Notes: generated by a model from the letters alone, not told the origin. A DNA stretch of 64,000 nucleotides from an uncultured Mailhella sp. (GCA_910578585.1 CAJTRG010000007.1:25350-89349), one strand, 5' to 3'; shown: positions 54,690-63,678, counted from the stretch's first letter. Made by a program: numbers and translations.

Positions 54690-56009
54690 TTAATGTAATA
54701 AGCCTTGTATATAAGAACTCAAAGCACCGGAAGCTTTTTCCTTCAATGTGCTTACGTTACTATTAGTTGCATTTTTCATGCCACTTGCTAATTCTTGTGC
54801 AAATAATTGATTTTCAAAACTATTTTGTTGAGCGACAGTTTCAGAAAGTGTACTCCGAGCGGAAAAATTTGCCGTTGCAGCTTGAGCAGCAATTTCTTCC
54901 TCTTCAGTACCGATAATAATCTTTGAGGTATCTAAAATTTCAATAGAGAGCTTCTTGCCGCCTGTATATGACCATTGATTGGTGCCTGCTTCCTTCCAGT
55001 TGTTTTGCCATGCCGCAGTTGTCATATCGAGCTTGCCGTCAGTAATGGTTACGCCGTACTTTTCAAGGGAAGAAAGACTTTGAATGCCGCTGGCATCAGA
55101 ACCGCGGATAACAGCTTCAATATTCTTATAATTCTTTTGCAAATCACCGCTGGCAATCAGGAAGTCAAAACCGTCTCCGCCATCGATCATCTTGTCAAGC
55201 GCATCATAAACGATGATATCGTTGCCGCCGCCGGCAGAAATGGTATCAGCAGCACCGTCTTCACCAACAAGATAATCATCACCATCAGTACCCATAATTT
55301 CAGTGCCCTGAGTTGCGGAATCAGTGGTTTGTGCTTCAAGAACTTCACGAACGTTGCTGAGAAGAACAGTTCTGCCGCCGGAAAGGCTGAGATAATATTC
55401 ACCGTTATAAGAACTGGTACCTGTAACACGGCCGGAAACTGAGGTATCAATATATACCATTTCACCGTCCTTGTTCTTGCCGGAAAGAGCGACAGTATAG
55501 GTACCGTCAGGAGCTTCTGAACCGTCGGTCTTCTTGCCGTCCCATACAAAATCATGGATACCGGAAGATTGTGAGCCTAAACTTACTGTACGAACAATTG
55601 TACCGGATGCGTCCAGAATATTGATAGAACAGGACGCCATTTCTTCTGCGCCTGCGAATTGAATAACAGAAACATCAGAACCGGACTTGCTGATACCATA
55701 ACCACGGGCAGAAACTTCCTTGCCGATGTAGTTGGTGATATTGATAGAAGTTTGTCTTGCAACTTCATTGGTCAGGCTGGTAATGCTTTCATTCATCTGC
55801 ATGGATTGTTCCAATGCAGAGAATTGTGCCAACTGAGCAATAAATTCCTTATCTTCCATTGGGTTCAACGGGTCTTGATATTGGAATTGGGTAACGAGCA
55901 GCATCAGGAACGCGTCTCTGTCAAGCTCTGACTTACCTGTTGTCTTTGTTGTTGAACCTGAATTGTTATATGCACTATCTAATGCTGTGTTATTAGATAC
56001 ACCACTCAT
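54690..56009 (-). CDS. flgD: flagellar hook capping/assembly protein FlgD with a roughly 210-aa C-terminal extension containing RTX-like repeats
   Basis: FlgD N-domain is LDRDAFLMLLVTQFQYQDPLNPMEDKEFIAQLAQFSALEQ, followed by an FlgD Ig-like region (FVWDGKKTDGSEAPDGTYTV). Residues 239-288 then carry GTDGDDYLV, GGGNDIIVY and GGDGFDFLI. Confidence 0.9.
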   Translation of the reverse strand: MSGVSNNTALDSAYNNSGSTTKTTGKSELDRDAFLMLLVTQFQYQDPLNPMEDKEFIAQLAQFSALEQSMQMNESITSLTNEVARQTSINITNYIGKEVSARGYGISKSGSDVSVIQFAGAEEMASCSINILDASGTIVRTVSLGSQSSGIHDFVWDGKKTDGSEAPDGTYTVALSGKNKDGEMVYIDTSVSGRVTGTSSYNGEYYLSLSGGRTVLLSNVREVLEAQTTDSATQGTEIMGTDGDDYLVGEDGAADTISAGGGNDIIVYDALDKMIDGGDGFDFLIASGDLQKNYKNIEAVIRGSDASGIQSLSSLEKYGVTITDGKLDMTTAAWQNNWKEAGTNQWSYTGGKKLSIEILDTSKIIIGTEEEEIAAQAATANFSARSTLSETVAQQNSFENQLFAQELASGMKNATNSNVSTLKEKASGALSSYIQGLLH

Positions 56010-56021
56010 AATATACTCTCA

Positions 56022-57980
56022 CTAGGCAATAATGTGGAGGCCTTGCAAGGAACTATTTTCCTTTCCAGCCACTATACTACCTGTGATATGCATATTATGT
56101 GCCAAAGAATTTTCCGTATCCATGTCTGAAGAAGAATTCTTTCTGGACAATACTCGTAAGTAGTTGAGATTTTGGAGATTTTCTCTAAAAGTTTGTTCGT
56201 TATTATGCTGCTGCATGCCTTCCCAATTTTGGGCTGTCCGGTTATCGAAAGTATTGGAAAGACCGACTTCAACTTCAATGTTTTCAATCTTAAAGCCCTG
56301 ATGTTCCAGCTCTGCACGAATAGTATCAAGCTGTTGATTGATAAGGGAGGCACTTTCTGCCTTGTCAGCCTGAATAACGGCATTAACTTCCCCATTCTTC
56401 ATGGTCAGTACAACTGCCATTTGTCCAAGTTCCAATGGATTCAAAGAAACTTCCAAACGCTTTGTACCGTTCCTCATCATGGTCAGCACGGTATCCTGCA
56501 CTTGGGAACGAATATTTTCAAGATTGTCTGCGAAATTATTTGTTTGAACTGTTTCAAAACCTGCATTGGTTTGCACGCCCATGGCGCCTGCCATGTTTGA
56601 AGAAGAAGTTTCTGAATGGCGATCTTCATTTCTGCTTTCAGAGTGAGCATCACGGGAAAAATTTTCCTTATGGTCCTGTGTATTGGCTTGCTTATCCAAA
56701 CCAAAGCGTTCCATTTGTTCCTTTTCCTGAATGCCTGCTTCTTCTCTGTCAGCAAAGAACTTGTCTTCTGCCTTGGTATTTGCAGTGCGTTCATCAAGAA
56801 CCTTATTGGCAATCAGCGTATTTTCCTGCTTTGCCCGGTTAAGAACATTCTCATCAGAAAGACTATTTGCCTGCTTTGCCTGGTTAAGAACATCTTCGTC
56901 AGAAAGGCTATTTTCCTGCTTTGCCCGGCTAAGAACATCTTCGTAAAAAAGGCTATTTGCCTGCTTGGTCGTGATATTTTGTTCAGCGTCAGCAGAAGGC
57001 TGAGGCAGTACAGACTTGTTTTGATTTTCGTTTTCATCCAGCTTCTTGCCGTTCACTGTATTGCGGTTTAAATCCTTGCCGAGAACCTTGGTTACAACTG
57101 TATCTTCAATCACAGCCTTGGAATACAAGACATCCTTGTTTTCCTGCATCAGGGCACGGCGATCACTTTCTTCACGCTTTTGTGCTGATTCATACAAAGG
57201 CTTCAGGTTTTGTTCCAGGCTCTTCTTCATCTTGGCAAATTCATTATTCTTACTTTCCAATAAAGTCTTGGCTTCATCAAAAACTGCATCCACTTGTGCG
57301 GCAGACAAAGGACTGTTCTTGTCAAATTGTGCAAGAGTCTTTTGCATACCCTTTTGCATATCTTCAGAAAGATTGAAAGACTTGCAAAGAGCAGATAATT
57401 CTTCCTGAGACAAGGTAGTGGGATTTTGCTTCATGGCGGAAATAAATGCCGTCATGCCGGAAAGAGCGTCCTTGTAGCGAATACTGTCATAAAGAACTGT
57501 TGGCTGACTGGGGTTTGCTCTGCCTGCTAAATTTTGCAAGTATGCTGTTTCATTTGTGTCCAATGCGACATTGCCGCCCTTGATACTGGAAGTCAGGGTT
57601 GAAAGCAAATCCTTCAAGGTTGGACCTGTTGGCACATTCATAAGACTTGCCAAAGCATTTTGCGCTTCTATGCTGATATCATCATTTTGAAATGCCTGTG
57701 CCAGCTTTGATAATTCTTCATTATTAAAACGAGCTTCCTGAGGCGCAAAGAAGGAATAAATTTCCGCGCGTTCAGAATAAGGAGAAGACTTTTCCGCTTC
57801 CTTACCGAATACCTTATCTTCACTTTCCTTGTCCATGGGCATGTTATTCTCGTATTGAGCCTCTGCCATGGCACTATCTAACTCATTAGAAAAATTAGAG
57901 ATTACATTCTCTTGAGGAAGATAATCGGTATACGCTGCATCGTTATTTACTGTATCAAATGTTGTAGGCATTAATTGCAT
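56022..57980 (-). CDS. fliK: flagellar hook-length control protein FliK
   Basis: The C-terminal Flg_hook domain is LEVSLNPLELGQMAVVLTMKNGEVNAVIQADKAESASLINQQLDTIRAELEHQGF. ATG at 57980 follows an AAAGGAG Shine-Dalgarno. Gene order is fliK-flgD-flgE. Confidence 0.85.
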   Translation of the reverse strand: MQLMPTTFDTVNNDAAYTDYLPQENVISNFSNELDSAMAEAQYENNMPMDKESEDKVFGKEAEKSSPYSERAEIYSFFAPQEARFNNEELSKLAQAFQNDDISIEAQNALASLMNVPTGPTLKDLLSTLTSSIKGGNVALDTNETAYLQNLAGRANPSQPTVLYDSIRYKDALSGMTAFISAMKQNPTTLSQEELSALCKSFNLSEDMQKGMQKTLAQFDKNSPLSAAQVDAVFDEAKTLLESKNNEFAKMKKSLEQNLKPLYESAQKREESDRRALMQENKDVLYSKAVIEDTVVTKVLGKDLNRNTVNGKKLDENENQNKSVLPQPSADAEQNITTKQANSLFYEDVLSRAKQENSLSDEDVLNQAKQANSLSDENVLNRAKQENTLIANKVLDERTANTKAEDKFFADREEAGIQEKEQMERFGLDKQANTQDHKENFSRDAHSESRNEDRHSETSSSNMAGAMGVQTNAGFETVQTNNFADNLENIRSQVQDTVLTMMRNGTKRLEVSLNPLELGQMAVVLTMKNGEVNAVIQADKAESASLINQQLDTIRAELEHQGFKIENIEVEVGLSNTFDNRTAQNWEGMQQHNNEQTFRENLQNLNYLRVLSRKNSSSDMDTENSLAHNMHITGSIVAGKENSSLQGLHIIA

Positions 57981-58004
57981 AGTAAACTCCTTTGCCTGAT
58001 ATAA

Positions 58005-58020
58005 AGCAAATTGCGTGCCA
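58005..58020 (-). promoter_or_regulatory. sigma-54 (RpoN) promoter of the fliK-flgD-flgE operon
   Basis: The minus strand reads TGGCACGcaatTTGCT, matching the consensus TGGCACG-N4-TTGCW exactly in the -24 GG and -12 GC elements and in spacing. It lies about 25 nt upstream of the fliK ATG. Confidence 0.75.
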
Positions 58021-58397
58021 AAAAATATGCCAGACAAACACGCCCAATAAATACGTTAAACAACATGCCAAACATCACTCCCATTCCTCTCTGTTAATGT
58101 TAAAAGAATGCAAAAATTTTGGTTTTCTTTCCCCAAAAAGCCATATTTACAAATTCGTAACCTTTTAATATCATTTAAAATTACGAAGCAATGAAATTTT
58201 ATATACAATAACCTTGCCTATTCATAGACTTTTTTTAATTTTCAATAACTCGTATACAAAAAAAATTTATTTCTGCAAAAAATCTATGTACAAAATTAGC
58301 TATTTAATATACAGTCGCAAACATTATACACTAAGTAAAATCTATGCTCAAAAAGTATAGCTTCTTAGTCTGATCATTCCTTTCTAGAGAGGCAGTT

Positions 58398-59930
58398 ATG
58401 GATCCATTTTATGCTGGGTGGCTTTCTATTGTTCCACCTGTTTTAGCTATTGTGCTTGCACTTATTACCAAAGAAGTTTTCTCATCCTTACTTCTTGGTA
58501 TTTTGAGCGGAACACTTATTTATTCCATTGGCACAGAAGCAAATGATGTGTTAATTCGCACCATTGATGTAACATTCCAAACCATGTCAGATAAAGTTGA
58601 TTTCAATATCATTCTTTTCTGCAGTTTGCTGGGTGCGCTCGTCTATGTTATTTCTCTGGCCGGCGGAACAAAAGCGTACGGCGTTTGGGCAACAAAACGC
58701 ATTAAAAGCAGAAAAGCTGCCATGCTCTCAACCGGCGGTTTAGGCGCTTCCATTTTTATTGACGACTATTTCAACTGCCTTACAGTTGGTACTGTTATGC
58801 GCCCTGTAACAGATACCTATAAAATTTCCCGCGCAAAACTGGCATATATCATTGACTCCACGGCTGCTCCAATTTGTATTATTGCTCCTATTTCCAGCTG
58901 GGCTGCTGCTGTTGGCAGCAACCTTAAAGCAACCGGAGCTTTTGACAGTGATTTTGCGGCATTTGTCTCCACTATTCCTTACAACTTCTACGCAATTTTA
59001 GCGCTGACCATGGTTTTCCTTGTCTGCATTGGCAACCTTGATTTTGGCCCCATGTATAAAGCTGAAAAACAAGCAAAAGAAGAAGGCATTATCGAAGACG
59101 GCGAAGCCCAAAATCATCAGCTCAATGCCTCTAAAAACGGCACTATCTACGATATGCTTATTCCTATCGTCAGCCTGATTGTTTTTGCAACACTCTCTCT
59201 TCTTTACAGCGGCGGATATTTTGGCGACGATCCTGAATACCATACCTTAGGCGCTGCATTTGGTAACTGCTCCGCGGCTCCATCTCTTGTTTGGGGCAGC
59301 TTTGGTGCGCTGACTGTTGCATTTTTCCTCTTCATTCCCCGCCGTCTCTTGACTTTGCACGCGTTCATGGACGGTGCTGTGGAAGGTATGAAGGCAATGC
59401 TTCCTGCAAACATGATTTTGGTGCTTGCCTGGACAATCAGCGGTGTTTGCCGTAACCTTCTGCAAACCCCTGAATTTGTAAAGACCTTGTTTGAAGCTGA
59501 CGGCGGCGCAACTGCCGGCTTCCTGCCTGCCTTTATCTTTATTGTGGCCGGCTTCCTCAGCTTCTCAACCGGTACTGCCTGGGGAACTTTTGGTATCTTG
59601 ATTCCAATCGTTGTTCCTGTTGCGCAGGCTATCAACCCTGAAATTATCACTGTATGTCTTTCTGCAACCCTCGCTGGTTCAGTATTTGGTGACCACTGCT
59701 CCCCAATTTCTGATACTACAATTCTTTCCAGTGCGGGGGCAGGCTGTAACCACGTTCAGCACGTCTCAACGCAGCTGGGCTATGCAATTATCGTTGCAAG
59801 CTGCAGCTTAGTGGGTTATATTATTGCAGGCTTTACTGATGCAAATATCTGGCTGAGCCTTGGCGGTGCATTATTAACATTAATTGTTACAGTTTATCTT
59901 CTGCATATGCGGAGCGAAAAGCTGGCATAA
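58398..59930 (+). CDS. NhaC-family Na+/H+ antiporter-like transporter (long form)
   Basis: A 510-aa polytopic protein. The N-terminus WLSIVPPVLAIVLALITKEV is typical of the family. Confidence 0.75.
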   Translation: MDPFYAGWLSIVPPVLAIVLALITKEVFSSLLLGILSGTLIYSIGTEANDVLIRTIDVTFQTMSDKVDFNIILFCSLLGALVYVISLAGGTKAYGVWATKRIKSRKAAMLSTGGLGASIFIDDYFNCLTVGTVMRPVTDTYKISRAKLAYIIDSTAAPICIIAPISSWAAAVGSNLKATGAFDSDFAAFVSTIPYNFYAILALTMVFLVCIGNLDFGPMYKAEKQAKEEGIIEDGEAQNHQLNASKNGTIYDMLIPIVSLIVFATLSLLYSGGYFGDDPEYHTLGAAFGNCSAAPSLVWGSFGALTVAFFLFIPRRLLTLHAFMDGAVEGMKAMLPANMILVLAWTISGVCRNLLQTPEFVKTLFEADGGATAGFLPAFIFIVAGFLSFSTGTAWGTFGILIPIVVPVAQAINPEIITVCLSATLAGSVFGDHCSPISDTTILSSAGAGCNHVQHVSTQLGYAIIVASCSLVGYIIAGFTDANIWLSLGGALLTLIVTVYLLHMRSEKLA

Positions 59931-59940
59931 CAAATAACAA

Positions 59941-59965
59941 AAAGCACTCGTTTGAGTGCTTTTTG
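59941..59965 (+). terminator. rho-independent terminator
   Basis: AAAGCACTC-gtttg-GAGTGCTTT followed by TT. Confidence 0.7.
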
Positions 59966-59984
59966 TGTATAACAGGAACAAACT

Positions 59985-60566
59985 ATGCATATTTTCTATT
60001 TTTTTGGTGATTCCATAACTCTTGGCGTAAACGTAATGCCTAAAGACAGCTTCTATCAATTAATCCTTGATAATTTACAGGAAAAATTCTCTGTGCCGCC
60101 TACCAAGTTTTACAATTTAGGCGCATGTAAAAACTCTTCCAAAGAAATCCTTGCCCGCTTTGACAGCGAATTTTCAGCACGGAATTTACCAGGCAGCACC
60201 CCATTTTTCTTCCTCATGTGCGGCGTTGTGGATACCATGAAATTTACCGATACCCCCTATTGCAGCCTTGACGAAAGCAAAAATAATTTTACAAGCCTTA
60301 TCCAAAAAGCAAAGGCAAAAGGCGAAATCATTGCCATCAGCCCAAGCCCTGTGGCGAATGAAGAACAAAATCAGCGTTTGCAGGATGTTATTAAGGTGCA
60401 GGAACAAATTTGCGCTGAAAATACTGTGCATTACATCAATATTTTCCCGGAACTGCACAATCAGGAATTTATGGGAGACCTCAAAGACGGCGTGCACCCA
60501 AGCGAAAAAGGCAATTCCCTTATGGCTAAGGCAATCAATGCAGCCCTCAAAAAATATCTTGCCTAA
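59985..60566 (+). CDS. SGNH/GDSL hydrolase family protein
   Basis: Block I is FFGDSITLG and block V is DGVHPS. 193 aa. Confidence 0.8.
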   Translation: MHIFYFFGDSITLGVNVMPKDSFYQLILDNLQEKFSVPPTKFYNLGACKNSSKEILARFDSEFSARNLPGSTPFFFLMCGVVDTMKFTDTPYCSLDESKNNFTSLIQKAKAKGEIIAISPSPVANEEQNQRLQDVIKVQEQICAENTVHYINIFPELHNQEFMGDLKDGVHPSEKGNSLMAKAINAALKKYLA

Positions 60567-60666
60567 ATGCTGAACTGCACGCAGCAAAATTAATATGAGC
60601 AGGTTAACTTGCCTCATTCACAATTCGTGCTTATAGTATTTGTATTCAAATTTCGGAGGAAATAAA

Positions 60667-61365
60667 ATGGAATATAATCAAACCCAAAGCGTGGCGACAA
60701 GTCGCTCCAGTGTGGCTATTTTCATGCAGCAAGTCTATTTATGGATGACTGTTGCTCTCTTGGTCACTGCTTTTGCTGCCTTTATTACTGTCAACAATGA
60801 AACAATTTTCATGGCAGCCCTCACCGGCTTTACCCCCATTATTCTTATTGCCGGTATTTTCGGACTGGTTTTCTATCTCTCCTTTGCCATGCATAAACTC
60901 TCTCCTGCAGTTGCAACAAGCCTTTTTCTACTCTATGCAGTGCTGAACGGCGTGTTCCTGGCTCCAATTGCCCTCATTTACACAGAAGCTTCCATTGCGA
61001 AAACCTTTATTATTACAGCGGGCACCTTTGGCGGCATGAGCCTTTACGGCATGAAAACCCAAAAAGACCTCACCGGCATTGGCTCTTTCTGCATCATGGG
61101 ACTTTGGGGACTCATTCTTGCCATGATCGTCAATATCTTTATGAAAAGCTCTGCTATGGACTTTGTGATCAGCATTGTGGGCGTAATTGTCTTTGTTGGC
61201 CTCACTGCCTATGATACCCAAAAGCTCAAGACTATGGGCGAAACTGCTCCTTTAGACGACTCTGTAGCTATACGCCGCGGTGCTCTTCTTGGTGCCATGA
61301 CTCTTTACCTTGATTTCATCAACCTCTTCCTCTACTTGCTGAGACTCTTTGGCGACAGAAAGTAA
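60667..61365 (+). CDS. Bax inhibitor-1/YccA family membrane protein
   Basis: Seven-TM profile with FMQQVYLWM near the N-terminus and a charged C-terminal tail. GGAGG Shine-Dalgarno before the ATG at 60667. Confidence 0.85.
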   Translation: MEYNQTQSVATSRSSVAIFMQQVYLWMTVALLVTAFAAFITVNNETIFMAALTGFTPIILIAGIFGLVFYLSFAMHKLSPAVATSLFLLYAVLNGVFLAPIALIYTEASIAKTFIITAGTFGGMSLYGMKTQKDLTGIGSFCIMGLWGLILAMIVNIFMKSSAMDFVISIVGVIVFVGLTAYDTQKLKTMGETAPLDDSVAIRRGALLGAMTLYLDFINLFLYLLRLFGDRK

Positions 61366-61380
61366 GATCAATAAATATGA

Positions 61381-61405
61381 AAGCCCCCATATCGGGGGCT
61401 TTTTT
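61381..61405 (+). terminator. rho-independent terminator
   Basis: AAGCCCCC-atatc-GGGGGCTT followed by TTTT. Confidence 0.8.
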
Positions 61406-61448
61406 GTGCTTACTCTACAAGAAAAATAGTTAATAAACGGTTTTTATC

Positions 61449-61733
61449 TTAAACTGTCTCACTATTAGGAACAATAGTCAGCTTATAGCCCATAGGAGTT
61501 AAAATTCTAAAAAGCGTATCAATTTGAGGAGTTGATTTTAATTTTTCCAGTCGGGCAATAGAAGATTGTTTTACGCCTGAAATATCAGCCAGTTCCTGCT
61601 GCGTTAATCCCTGTGCTTCTCGTGCTTCAATTATTTTTCCGATTAACTCAACTTCAAATTCAATTTTAGCTCGTTCCATAGGGGAAACCTTATTATCATC
61701 ATCATTATAAAAATCACTAAATTTAGTACTCAT
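61449..61733 (-). CDS. XRE-family helix-turn-helix transcriptional regulator (antitoxin-like, 94 aa)
   Basis: The HTH is LTQQELADISGVKQSSIARLE. It is a small protein with an N-terminal extension, and no partner toxin ORF is adjacent. Confidence 0.8.
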   Translation of the reverse strand: MSTKFSDFYNDDDNKVSPMERAKIEFEVELIGKIIEAREAQGLTQQELADISGVKQSSIARLEKLKSTPQIDTLFRILTPMGYKLTIVPNSETV

Positions 61734-61757
61734 TTTACTTATTCCTTTTATTAAGAA

Positions 61758-61777
61758 TTATAACAAATTTGTTATAA
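61758..61777. promoter_or_regulatory. perfect 20-bp palindrome, candidate operator of the XRE regulator
   Basis: TTATAACAAA|TTTGTTATAA lies 25-44 nt upstream of the XRE ATG, between a TTGATT -35-like hexamer and a TATAAT hexamer on the minus strand. Confidence 0.55.
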
Positions 61778-61852
61778 AATCAACTTTATTTTTATATCCT
61801 AATCATCCCCTGAGTTTCTTTTAATTTTTTCACAGTATTCCTAAAATTTTCC

Positions 61853-61881
61853 TTGACAATGAAAACTCTTCTCTATATATA
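61853..61881 (+). promoter_or_regulatory. sigma-70-like promoter for the tRNA-Val pair
   Basis: TTGACA (61853-61858), a 17-nt spacer, then TATATA (61876-61881), 12 nt before the tRNA. Confidence 0.55.
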
Positions 61882-61892
61882 AACAAAACGAC

Positions 61893-61968
61893 GGATGGTT
61901 AGCTCAGTTGGTAGAGCATCGGTTTTACACACCGAGGGTCGGGAGTTCGAGCCTCTCACCATCCACCA
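61893..61968 (+). tRNA. tRNA-Val (anticodon TAC), CCA encoded
   Basis: Acceptor GGATGGT/ACCATCC, D arm AGCTCAGTTGGTAGAGC, anticodon stem TCGGT/ACCGA with loop TTTACAC, T loop GGTTCGAGCC-type. Length 76 nt. Confidence 0.95.
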
Positions 61969-62005
61969 GCTAAAATAAGCAAACTTTCTTGCTTGCACAT
62001 CATTT

Positions 62006-62081
62006 GGATGGTTAGCTCAGTTGGTAGAGCATCGGTTTTACACACCGAGGGTCGGGAGTTCGAGCCTCTCACCATCCACCA
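62006..62081 (+). tRNA. tRNA-Val (anticodon TAC), identical second copy
   Basis: Identical 76-nt sequence, 37 nt downstream of the first copy. Confidence 0.95.
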
Positions 62082-62087
62082 GTTTTT

Positions 62088-62108
62088 GCCTCACTCGAGG
62101 CTTTTTTT
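62088..62108 (+). terminator. rho-independent terminator after the tRNA-Val pair
   Basis: GCCTC-actc-GAGGC followed by TTTTTTT. Confidence 0.65.
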
Positions 62109-62406
62109 ATGCCTTTTTTCAAACTTATAAAAAAATATTCATTCACAAAAAATATGCCAGCAAAACTTTTAGAGCAATAAAAAAGCCGTGCTTTTATAAA
62201 TTGCTTTGTGCCCTTTATCTGTCCCTATTTATCCTAAACAATAAAAACATATTAGTAAAATTATAAAAATCCATACACTAACAAATCTTTTTTTATCATT
62301 TTTCCTATTTTATCGTATTGTTATCCCCAACCATACTTAAATTTTAGAACACGTCAGATTTTGACGTATTGGAATGTCACAATACACAAAAAGGAGGAAA
62401 AACAAC

Positions 62407-63633
62407 ATGAAAGAAATTATCGGAAAAAATAATACTGCAAAAGTTTTTACTAATGACATTGATGAAATATCTATTTCACAAATCCAAGAACTTTGCGACC
62501 AAGAATTTATCAAAGACAGCAAAATTCGTATTATGCCTGATGTGCATGCAGGAGCAGGATGTACTATAGGCACGACCATGACTATTATTGACAAAGTTGT
62601 TCCAAATCTTGTGGGGGTTGATATTGGCTGTGGCATGGAAACAATTTTGCTCAAAGAAAAATCTATTGATTTAAAGGAGTTGGACAATTTTATATCCAAC
62701 AATATCCCCAGTGGAATGAACATAAGAAAAAATGCCCATGGATTTGCGCGTGAAATTAATATTAACGCATTAAAATGCCTCTATAGTATTCACGATAAAA
62801 AAGCAATTCACAGCATTGGAACGCTTGGCGGCGGAAATCATTTTATTGAAATAGATCAAGATGAGGATGAAAATTTATATTTAATTATCCACTCAGGCAG
62901 TAGGTTTTTGGGCAAAGAAACCGCTGAATTCTATCAAAATGAAGCATACAATCAACTCAACAATCGTTCCAAAAAAAATTTACAGGACAGAATTGCAGAG
63001 CTGAAATCTCAAGGCAAGGAAGCTGAAATTGCGAACACAATGAATAAATTGAAAAAGCAAATAATAACAACTGTTGCTAAAGATTTAGCCTATGCAAGCG
63101 GCTATTTATTTGATGAATATATCCATGATATGAAAATCATTCAGCAATATGCTGAAATAAATAGAAAAGCCATGGCAAGAGATATCATTAAAGGACTGGG
63201 GCTGACCGTTCGGGAATCCTTTACTACTATTCATAATTATATTGATACAGATTCAATGATACTCAGAAAAGGTGCGATTTCTGCAAAGAAAGACGAAAAA
63301 ATTCTTATTCCTCTTAATATGCGTGACGGCAGCCTTATTTGTTTTGGTAAAGGAAACGAAGACTGGAACTGCTCCGCTCCGCACGGTGCAGGAAGATTAT
63401 TCAGCAGAAAACAGGCAAGAATGAATTTTTCTGTAGAAGAGTTTAAAAATTCTATGCAGGGCATCTATACCACATCAATCAATGAAAACACACTTGATGA
63501 ATGCCCCATGGCATATAAGAATTTTGAGACTATCATTAATGCAATTTCCCCAACTGCTGAAATAATAAAACGTCTAAAACCGATTTATAATTTTAAAGCA
63601 GACGACAGCTTTCACTTTATTAAAAAGAAATAA
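62407..63633 (+). CDS. rtcB: RNA 3'-phosphate ligase RtcB
   Basis: MPDVHAGAGCTIG, GGGNHFIE, and the guanylyl-histidine context CSAPHGAGR. ATG at 62407 follows an AAGGAGG Shine-Dalgarno; the ORF-track start at 62374 is less likely. Confidence 0.9.
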   Translation: MKEIIGKNNTAKVFTNDIDEISISQIQELCDQEFIKDSKIRIMPDVHAGAGCTIGTTMTIIDKVVPNLVGVDIGCGMETILLKEKSIDLKELDNFISNNIPSGMNIRKNAHGFAREININALKCLYSIHDKKAIHSIGTLGGGNHFIEIDQDEDENLYLIIHSGSRFLGKETAEFYQNEAYNQLNNRSKKNLQDRIAELKSQGKEAEIANTMNKLKKQIITTVAKDLAYASGYLFDEYIHDMKIIQQYAEINRKAMARDIIKGLGLTVRESFTTIHNYIDTDSMILRKGAISAKKDEKILIPLNMRDGSLICFGKGNEDWNCSAPHGAGRLFSRKQARMNFSVEEFKNSMQGIYTTSINENTLDECPMAYKNFETIINAISPTAEIIKRLKPIYNFKADDSFHFIKKK

Positions 63634-63650
63634 AAATCTAACACATACCA

Positions 63651-63678
63651 AAAAAGCCGTTATAAAACGGCTTTTCTT
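63651..63678. terminator. bidirectional terminator between convergent rtcB and symporter genes
   Basis: AAAAGCCGT-tataaa-ACGGCTTTT followed by CTT. Confidence 0.7.

Noticed and set aside
58154-58187. Inverted repeat TTCGTAA-N20-TTACGAA about 150 bp upstream of the sigma-54 promoter, as an enhancer-binding-protein site
   Set aside because: The arms are only 7 bp, in a very AT-rich region, with no second copy and no known consensus to compare. The evidence is insufficient.
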